Assembly: GCF_006345805.1 (NCBI RefSeq)
Contig: NC_043001.1
Coordinates: forward strand, 90,954,001 to 91,018,000
DNA from: Octopus sinensis
Lineage: Eukaryota
Direction: 5' to 3'
Length of the DNA: 64,000 nt
Shown here: one piece after another, positions 54,235 to 64,000 of the stretch
Layout: the number at the start of each line of letters is the position of its first letter
Numbering within the stretch: position 1 is the first letter of the stretch
The notes under the pieces: generated by a model
The model's database searches: none
What the model was told of the DNA's origin: nothing
The model's input: the letters and a program-made list of their open reading frames with translations, nothing else
Made by a program: the position numbers and the translations under genes

Positions 54235-54620
54235 CTACGATAGGCCCAGGGCCAGTTGGCTCGGTCTGAAGAATCTATCTTGCAAGTCTTTCCTACCTCA
54301 TTCTAATCACATGTCCATAGCACTGGAGCAGTGACCTCCCAAGGAAGAGAAGTAGTGGCTCAACTTGGAGACTCACTGATCTCTGAGCTACTACACCCTG
54401 TCGAGCGAGTACCATTACTCCAGAAGTCTCGAGAAACCCCATTTCGGCCGCTTGTACTCACAATCGTACTCTCTTGGACATTATCCAATATTCATGACCA
54501 CAGATGAGGAGCGGCATGTAAAGATAGCGAGTTTGGCTTTTTTACGAACCTCTCATCTCCTGAAGAGCGGATGCTAGAGTTGGCGCATTACTATACCAGC
54601 CAACTGGTTATCGGTACAGC
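54235..54620 (-). mobile_element. RTE-clade LINE 3' relic
   Basis: KAKLAI...MGF-like...LDRV..SEI.ES motifs in broken frames; homologous to 21765-22250. Confidence 0.6.
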
Positions 54621-54866
54621 GCTGCACCCTATGTATTGCTAGTGAGGGAAGAGAACCCTTACTATCCTCTAGCAGGCAACAGGATCACTAGACTGACTCG
54701 GTTTCGGGCTGGTTGGTTCATTCTCAGTCGCGAGCACCTGGCCGCTGGAGTGATAGCCAGTATCCACTCCAGCCAGCTATATTTTCTAAACAAAACGACC
54801 ATCGGTCACGGATTTGCAACGAAGAGCAGCCACTTTGATGTGGCGATTAACTGTGCTTGCTAGTAT

Positions 54867-55249
54867 GGAAGCACTCCGTCGGTTACGACGATGAGGGTTC
54901 CGGTTGATCCGAATCAACGGAACAGCCTGCTCGTGAAATTAACGTGTAAGTGGCTGAGCACTCCACAGACACGTGTACCCTTAACGTAGTTCTCGGGGAT
55001 ATTCAGCGTGACACAGAGAGTGACAAGGCCGGCCCCTTGAAATACAGGTACAACAGAAACAGGAAGAATGAGTGAGAGAAAGTTGTGGTGAAAGAGTACA
55101 GCAGGGATCACCACCATCCCCTGCCGGAGCCTCGTGGAGCTTTAGGTGTTTTCGCTCAATAAACACTCACAACGCCCGGTCTGGGAATCGAAACCGCAAT
55201 CCTATGACCGCGAGTCCGCTGCCTTAACCACTGGGCCATTGCGCCTCCA
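54867..55249 (-). mobile_element. tRNA-headed SINE, family B, flanked by 158-bp direct repeats
   Basis: Reverse complement starts tggaggcgcaatggcccagtggttaaggcagcggac...ggtttcgattccc. Flanks 54709-54866 and 55250-55407 differ at 3 positions. Related heads at ~7486, 14963, 36735, 51768 (+) and near 21700, 51080 (-). Confidence 0.88.
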
Positions 55250-56499
55250 CTGGTTGGTTTATTCTCAGTCGCGAGCACCTGGCCGCTGGAGTGATAGCCA
55301 GTATCCACTCCAGCCAGCTATATTTTCTAAACAAAACGACCATCGGTCACGGATTTGCAACGAAGAGCAGCCACTTTGATGTGACGATTAACTTTGCTTG
55401 CTAGTATAGTTACTACTCTGATCACTTCTTGAGATTTTACAACTAGCTATTTTGCTTGTTATACAGTAATCACTCACCATATCACGGTTCACCTATCGCG
55501 CCCTCAGTACATCGCGGATTTTTCTGGCTAATATATGTAGATATATATCGCAGTCTCCCTAGTATATTGTGGGTTGCTGCGACCGATAAGTATTTATATA
55601 TTTGGATCTTATATATTTTTAGATTTTAATTATTTCTGTGGTAAAATAAGCATTTCCACGCCTAAAAATTAATAAAGTAATGAATAAAAATACAGTACAG
55701 TACTGCACTATATAACGCATTAATTAAAGTACATTAACAGAAAATACGTACTGTTGATGAGTAAACAAAGAATCGCACATACTGTATGAAAAACGAAACT
55801 CGGGAGGCGAGAGTGTGGTGTTACTATGCATTTATGATAAAATAAATATATACAAATTTAAAAAATAATGAAAACTATACAATAATAAAAACTTCGCAAA
55901 TTCCCACATATCGCGGGGGCTTTTGGAATGCGACGCCCGCGATAGATGTAATCAAAATAAGCAACAGGATATCAAGTAGTAATGCAGTAGGACCGTTTCA
56001 AGCGACTCCATTTAATTGAACAATGCAATCATTACAGCAACATCAATTTAAATGTAGTGTGTGTGTATATATATATAATAAAAAAGAGTGAAAAAACTAC
56101 ACAAAATTTTATAAGATTTTTCTAACATAACGACTTAAATATATTCTTTAACCTTATAACACAAGCCTCTTGTAGTTTTTTCACTCTTTTTTATTTTTTA
56201 TACATCAAACCACGTGCTTTCACACACCAACTCCCTCACCTATATATATATATATATACGACAGAGCTTCTTTCAGTTTCCGTCTACTAAATCCACTCAC
56301 AAGGCTTTGGTCGGCCCGAGGCTATAGTAGAAGATACTTGCCCAGGTGCCACGCAGTGGGACTGAACCCGGAAGCATGTGGTTGGTAAGCAAGCTTCTAC
56401 CCCCCGCACGCATCGGTCAATGTTCATAAGTCCAAAAAAAACCCCAAATACTCTGAAAATTCTGGCGGGGCAGTGACATTTAATCGTGAGGAATGGCCT

Positions 56500-56891
56500 G
56501 TGTGTGTGAGAGCGTGTGTGTGTGGGAGTGTGTATGTGAGTGTGTCTGTGATTGTATGTGTGAGCGCGTGTGTGTGTAATTGTGTGTGTGATTGTGTGTT
56601 TGACTGTGTGTGTGATTGTGTGTGTGTGAGCGTGTATGTGGGAGTGTGTCTGTGTGAGCGTGTGTGTGTGATTGTGTGTGTGATTGTGTGTGTGATTGTG
56701 TTTGACTGTGTGTGTGAGAGCGTGGGTGTGTGTGTAATTGTGTGTGTGTGAGCGTGTATGTGGGAGTGTGTCTGTGTGAGCATGTGTGTGTGATTGTATG
56801 TGTGAGCGCGTGTGATTGTGTGCATGTGTGATTGTGTGCGCGTGATTGTGTGTGTGACTGTGTGTGTGATTGTGTGTGTGTTTGTGTGTGA

Positions 56892-56945
<54 letters not shown>
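56500..56945. repeat. Complex GT-rich satellite with higher-order blocks
   Basis: Recurrent tgtgtgtgat and gagcgtgtatgtgggagtgtgtctgtg blocks ending in pure (TG)n. Confidence 0.85.
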
Positions 56946-56949
<4 letters not shown>

Positions 56950-57797
56950 CCGTCCGTGTCCTCCCGTTTGTCCTCCAGCACCGCTTGACAACCAGTGTTC
57001 GTGTGTCTACATCCCAGTAACCTAATTGCTCGGCAAATAACTCCCGAAAGAGTAAGTACTTGGCTTTAAAAATAAGTACTGGCGTCGATTTGTTCGACTT
57101 AACCCTTCAAAACGGTGCCCCAGCATGGCCGCAGCCCGTTCTGTAGCACAGAAAAAGACAAAAGATAAACGGGATCTTTTCTATTCTGAAGCCAGTTTTT
57201 TCAAATTTTTCCTACTGAACCAAACAATTTGAAACTTCGTATACTGGTAGAATGTGTCAAAAGTAAACTTAATTGTAAACCAGAATGAAAACGGAATTGT
57301 AACTTCTAAGTTTAACGTTGTTTAATAATTAGAATTTTAACCAATGATATTCCGTCATTCGGCTTTATTTTATTTACTCCGTCTCGACCACCAATTTCGT
57401 GACGTATTAAACATCTTAAATGTAAACAAGCTATAGTCAGCCACCTTCTAATAACAAAAGTTTGTCTTTGAAGTTACCGTCTAGGGGAAGCATTGATGTA
57501 CATGTGTGTGTGTGTGTGTTTGATGGGGTGTGGGAGACAGTATGTTGTGTAAGTGAAGTGCTTCTGTTAGTGTGTGTGAAGAGACAGAGAGAGTAATGTG
57601 TGAAAGAGAGAGATAACTGAAATTTTTTACTCGGTGTATGTGTATATGCCTGAATGTATGTGTGTATGTATCTGTGTATGTGTATGTATGTATGTATGTA
57701 TGGCCGATTCAATGTAATTTTTTACACATACTTACACACACACACACACATACATACACACACACATGCAGACATACATATACACATACACCGAGTA

Positions 57798-57866
<69 letters not shown>

Positions 57867-60800
57867 TTTATAAAAATATGGTAAAGTAAAAAAATTACTT
57901 AACCACACACCGAGCTTTTTAGAAATAGCAGCCAAAAATGTCTCAACTGCAAGAAAAAGTCTCCCAGACAATGCATACTCAGAAATAATTCACATACGTA
58001 TAAGAGAAAAACAACGAAAAATCACATGGATTCTCCGATATATGTTATAAAAATATGGATTCTCCGATATAATTTATAAAAATATGGTAAAGTAAAAAAA
58101 TTACTTTACCACACACAAAGCTTTTTAGAAATAGCAGACGTGCTTATAAGCCGTCTTGGATCTTTTCAAATTTGTGGCCAGGACCCCAGATCTTTCTAGT
58201 TAACTAAATAATTTGAAACTTTGTGTACTCATAGAGTGGAACTAGTTTATTCGCCAGTTGGAACTAGTTTATTTGAGAAAAATCTATTTTATGACTTTAA
58301 TCGTAGATTAAAACTGCGAATTTTAACCAATGAGATTGCTTGTTTTCATATCTAAAACGTTACTGCGATCTGTTAGTGTGACGTTGAAAGCAGTTTTGTG
58401 ACGTAGTTGAAGACGGCGGATCTTTTCTATTCTGAAGCCAGTCACAAATTTGAAAAGATCCGATAAACGATAAACAGCACCCTTCTCTCTCTTAAATAGT
58501 TTTTACAAGAGCTTCTGCTTCCCTGAGCATTGTACCTCTCTCTATCTCTTCTTAATAAACGCACAAGATATATCCACGTTTTCATCCCGTCACTCCGACC
58601 GTGACTCAATCTCAGAACATGTATTAAACACATTTTTAGATATTTTTCTTAATCCATTCTTAATTCTCTTGGAGCAAATTCCTTGTCGAACTTCCTACCT
58701 GCCTAAGCTCCAGTCTCCTCCTCCTCCTCCTCCCACCATTGTTGTCATCGTCGCCGCCATTTATCACCGTCGCCGTCGTCGTTGTTATCATTATCATCTA
58801 TGGACAACAAATTGTATATGCATCAGGTAAGATGCTGCATATATCCATTTCCAGCATCAGTGTTCTAAGTTGGAAATGTTAGACAAGTGGTCCGTGGGCC
58901 GGGTAAGGCCCAAAGCAATATCCTATTTCACACGAAACAGAATTCCTATACTGCTTCTTAAATAACGACCTGTTGTTGATATCAAAAGGTGTTTGAATAA
59001 AAGTTGAACTTGATGTGATCCATAAAGCAGTCGATAGATGTAACAAATTAACAATTCACAATGCAAAATTATAAACATCAGTTTTTGAAATAGAAAGAAA
59101 TATGCATGGCATTATGAAATACAATGAAAATTTAGTAATACGTAACAAGTAAAAATGTGAAGGTTAATAAAAAGAAAAATAGCAAAAGTGTAAAACTGTC
59201 TATTTACTGAATGAGAAAGAAACATTCAGCACAAAAATATTCTTATCAAAGCAGAATATAATTTTAAAATAAGTCATTTGAGACAAAAAAAAAAGAAAAG
59301 AAAAAGAAAAGCAGACATGGATAAAACCGTAAACCCATAGAGTCAAATTTTTATCCAGAATCATTACGATTTCGGCGCTTGGAAAGAGTAGCTTTCAATC
59401 ATTTAGAAAGCGTCAAAGTTCATATCAAAACAAAACGAAAACAAGTCTTTAAAAATATCGTACACGAAAATAAAAATATACGAGATTTTAGAAATATTAT
59501 ACGAGATTTTAGAAATATCATACAAGACTTTAAAAATATCATACAAATGAAAGCAAACAAGACAAAAGACTAGTTCAAAAATATGAACCGACAAATACTA
59601 AATATAAGCAAAGCTGTAAAATAAAATATTACATGAAAAATACGGAAAGATTATCTTGGACAAAGATTTTTAATAAAGTCTGTGAATGTTATATGAGTGT
59701 GTGTCAGTTTGTAAATGCATGTCCATCTGATGAGAGTGAGTATGTGTGAGAAAACTCGCGGTTCAGGACAGTACCAGCCAGCACCGCCACAGGCTCTTGT
59801 ACAATGCATGAAAATGCTTGTATTTATACTATGTATTTTATTCAAAAAGGATATAGCGTCCCCACTTTAAAGTGTTCCAAAATTAAGAACGCCCTATTAG
59901 TGTCTAAAAAGATATTAAAACAATTTTGAAAGGCAGAGAAAAGTGGCTGATCTGGAGATTATTGTTACATCTGTTTTTGTGACATATAAAAGTAAAGCTT
60001 GGTTTTAAATGTTCCTTTAAAATGGTTATGAGATGTCCTTAACTAAATAGCTTGTTTGAGCCATTTTCTCGTAACATAATTGAGCAATGAAATGTAACTT
60101 AGCCGACACATGCAATCGAATATGACTTGGTAATTTGTCCCACACTTTCACTAATTGTTTTAGGTACTTATGTACCAGCAGACAGACATCTCAGCTCTCT
60201 CAACCTTAGCTTAAAGAAAAGTCGAGGACCTGACAAGAAAAAGAGAGTGAGAGAGCTGTACCAGTATATGGCTGATACTCATTTTCAGCTGATTAGAGTG
60301 CAGCAGCATGAAATAAATTCCTTGCTCAAGAACATAAGGCGTAGCTCGGTCTAGGAATCGAAATCACTTAACTATTCTGCTACAAATATATTGTTTCATG
60401 AAAGTCCAATTTTGAGAATCCAGTCCACTGTGCCTTGCAGGATTGTCTTCGCTAGGCCGGAGATTCTTGTCACATGACCATATCACTTCAGTTTCCTTGT
60501 CTTTACAATCGTCAGCAGATCTTTTTTGTGGTCCAATAGCCTAGATTAATCTCATTCTCACTTCGTTATCTGTCACATTCATTGCACCAGATACCTAGAA
60601 GCCGTCTGATGCGTCTCATCTTCATTGCGCTTACTTTTTATAATACCTGAAGGATATTATAGATTTGTAGTGTTTTTCGCATTCAGAAAAAAAAAAACTT
60701 TCTTAAGTATGATAGCTAAGTGTTGAGAGATCACTATAACTGAACATCCAGTCAATGACTTTAGAGCCAGCAGTCACTCTTGAGCGAGTATGGCTTGCTT

Positions 60801-62219
60801 ACATGTATCGTTGTTTTGCTAATTGTTTCAGTCGCCAAAGTGGTCGCAAGTAGATATAGGTACCCCCTCGACTCACCCACCCTTCGAAGCAGTAAGACCA
60901 TCCATGATTGTTGTTATTATTAAGCAACAAGACGGGTAAGCGTGATTAGGTGATGATCCAAGGCTTAGGGGCGGGTGACCCTAGACCTTGGAAAAAAAAA
61001 CTTTGGTCGTCTTGTTGTAGTCGAGGGCTCTTCGTTGACGCCCGACACCACTGGGAGGTAGCCCTTGAAGTCGCTGGAAATGGAGATCTCCAGGTCCAAA
61101 TTCTTGAACGGCAGACCATCCAGGATGTGACTGCTGGAGGAGCAGAGAGCTGCACCATTATTCGGCTGGTATTCATTTTCATCTGCGTAGACTGGAGCAA
61201 CGTGAAAAAAAAAAGTACCTTGCTAAAGAAATTCAATCTCATATTTTAGAAGCTAAATAGCATAAAATGGCATAGACGTGATGCTGAAAGCTTCGAGATT
61301 TGTGAAAATCTAACAGTAAGCATAGAAAACCTTAAGGCTACGACTTTATAAGCCAGACTCTACCGGAATACTGCTGGAGAAATCTAAAACGCTGGCTATA
61401 AAAACAATTAGGAAATGGTTCACCTTAGGGTTACAGGTTGCCCAGTTTCAAACGAAACGAAATATTCGTACAGAAATGAAATGAGCTAATGTGTCCCTAT
61501 GGAAAAATACAAGATTAGAAGCCTAAAATTCAGTGGTAAATGGAATTGTCACTTCTCATGAACAGTGTCAAACCAAGAGAATACACACACACACACACAA
61601 ATACACACACATACATACACACACGTACGCAAATATATGTATATATATATATGTATATATATATATACATGCACATATGCACATACAGACATACATAGAT
61701 ACACACATATGTATATATGTATGTATGTATGTATGTAGTATGTATGTATGTATGTATGCATGTATGTATGTATGTATGTATGTGTGTGTATGTATGTATG
61801 TATGTATGTATGTATGTATGTATGTATGTATGTGCGTGTATTTGAAAATTGCAACCAACGTATTTACGTAAGATAATGAACAAGGTAAGTCGTTTGACAT
61901 CAAACGTTTTTCTGTTAAATGCAAGACTTCCATCAGCTTGGTGCGAGATTTGTTCTATTTTTGCAACTGTCATCTTGTCACGTACTCGTAGAAGATGTGC
62001 AATAACTGAATTGAGTATATAGACCCGATGCTGCCTGCGAACCCTTTGCTCTCCAAATGAATCTTGGAAAAACTGTTTGTCTGTTTCCACCAACTCCAGG
62101 CAAGTAGTTATTATGAGCTGGAGATTTTTATTGATAGCTACCAAGTTCATGTAACTGTCACCGCTCTATAAATGATTAAATATTTTTTGTGTGTAAGGAA
62201 AGATAACTGATGGGTTTAA

Positions 62220-62439
62220 CTCTTTAGTGTTTAAACCAGCCATGTCAGGCAAAAATTGTCTTCTTGTTTTATGCTCAAACCAGCCAGCTCTGACCTTTCA
62301 CACCTACCCTACAAAGTCATTCTAAAAATAAACAGGGACATCATCAAAACCTCAGAGTTAGAAGATGCTGTACAATTAATTTAAAACAATGTAATTAAAC
62401 AGGCTTTACATTTGACAGAGTAATCTGAATGCTAAAGGG
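62220..62439. mobile_element. piggyBac-like MITE
   Basis: TTAA|c(t)ctttag...ctaaaggg|TTAA. Confidence 0.6.
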
Positions 62440-63479
62440 TTAAGGCTTTCGAAGGCAAAGTTTAGTCATAAAGTCACATTAAACGATCAACTAAGAGCAC
62501 TACTACAGTGCTACATAAATAATATACAGGAAACGCCTGAAACTCCTGGTACACTTTCACCAGCGTTGCATCCGGGTTGTTTTGTGCATTCAGTGGTTCC
62601 CATACATTCATATCATTGAAACGTTGAAGAAAGCTGGTTTAGCCAGTGTAGAAATCATATATACACTGTCACAGATTAAGTATGAACCGGACATCTAGTG
62701 AGAGAAAAAGTAAAACGCACTGTCAAGCAACTGCTTTACGAACAAAAACCTAAGGATTGTCATTGTGCTTCATGTACTGCATTAAATCAATACATGCGAA
62801 GACGAGACGAGCTTTCAGAAAGAGGGAAGTAATAGAGACAACATGTACTCTATTATAACTGTTTCATGCTGAGCGTTTGTTTTTCACAAGCCGGTCTTTT
62901 AAATCATAAGAAAGATCACGCTGGGTCACTAAGTGCAGGGTTTTATTATGATCAAGGTTCATAAGTTAAGTCTTTTGTATGACTGGAATGTAGAAACGTA
63001 TGCAATAGTAACTCAGGTCTCTCCTGCCATTCTAAAATTCACAAGGACGGTACAGACCCTACATTATCCACAGGCTTATGTGCATATATAAGTCACACAT
63101 ATAGACTCTCAACAACTCTTTTTCTTTGCATGCGCCTCTGTTCTCACTTTTCAGCGGTAGACTTTTAACAAAGGACACTATTTCCAGCTAAGTTCGTCGC
63201 TTTTGCTTACTCATTTTTTACTGTTCGTTCCTTTTGTTGCACCACACAGCGTTCATACACACATACATGGATGCTTGAATCCAGTTACACACACGCACCT
63301 CAATATTCTTTTCTGCTCTAGGCACAAGGCCCGAAATTTTTAGGGAGGGGGTGCCAGTCGATTAGATCGACCCCAGTACGCAACTGGTACTTAATTCATT
63401 GACCCCGAAAGGATGAAAGGCAAAGTCGACCTCGGCGGAAACGTGCATCTCAATATTGTACCTCAACTGCCTTGTTTTC

Positions 63480-63730
63480 ATCGCGTCTGTGCCTGCTCAG
63501 CTCTTTTCAAGACTCAATGCACGTTGGATGTCTCATGCTCTCTACGCCCTTGTTCTAGACACAACTCGCCTCTGTAAGACTTCAGGTTAGTCACGTATAC
63601 ATGGAAAGAGTTGTCTGTCTCTCGCAACACGCCCGTATGCCACACTGTTGTTCTTGGTAATCTCAGCAAATGCCCACGACAACAGAGCCAGACAGATTTC
63701 GCTTCTGTTCTATTCGAAAGGCATTTCACA
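63480..63730 (-). pseudogene. Possible Tc1/mariner-superfamily HTH relic
   Basis: KSV....L.LPRTTVW..VLR pattern on the minus strand; short and degenerate. Confidence 0.35.
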
Positions 63731-64000
63731 CAGAATGCAATCCTGCAAAAAAATTTTTGATGATATCATGGATTGAAAGTGCACACACTTACTCGCCTTA
63801 GCTTATTCCACAGCTGCAGGACTTTCTCTCGCATTCATGTATACACCCTTGCACGCACATTCACTCACTACCCCAGTCACGCAACGACTGGAACATTCAG
63901 CACTCATGCGCATGCTCACTCAGCTGCCTCAGTCTTGCAACGACTGCACACTACGCACGCAAAGCGACAAAACTATTCGAACCCGCTCGAATAGATACCT

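Noticed and set aside
58442-58633. 63-aa minus-strand ORF
   Set aside because: At most a faint resemblance to a decayed RTE C-terminus; there is no splice or codon support for a gene.
60950-61249. 99-aa plus-strand ORF
   Set aside because: It appears to be the antisense shadow of a GC3-biased minus-strand frame, and no recognisable domain is present.

Overview
AT-rich, microsatellite-dense animal genomic DNA. The repeat landscape (tRNA-headed SINEs with TA/TG tracts, Penelope-like, RTE and CR1-type LINE relics, Tc1/mariner, non-autonomous Helitrons) suggests an octopus/coleoid cephalopod; this is an inference. One protein-coding gene can be assembled by hand and is mostly invisible to the ORF track: a + strand tetraspanin with 7 coding exons (37915-51229, 290 aa). 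All six coding introns are phase 0 GT-AG; the protein has 4 TM segments and a CCG...PIACC...C...GC large loop, and there is a 3'-UTR intron and an upstream UTR acceptor. Almost every other ORF is a microsatellite artefact or a decayed transposon. The most notable non-coding signal is a set of hammerhead-ribozyme-like motifs (CUGAnGA-stem II-GAAA-short stem III-NUH). One lies downstream of a Penelope-like GIY-YIG relic, others sit in both arms of two divergent long inverted repeats, and three cluster ~1.4-2.1 kb upstream of the tetraspanin start codon within an interleaved A-B-A'-B' inverted-repeat structure. Other oddities: a SINE with a 158-bp flanking duplication, a mariner derivative wrapped in 154-bp inverted repeats inside a tetraspanin intron, a duplicated 3' end of coding exon 2, and a TIR element carrying (CCCTAA)n. 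All alignments and folds were done by eye; no database search was run.
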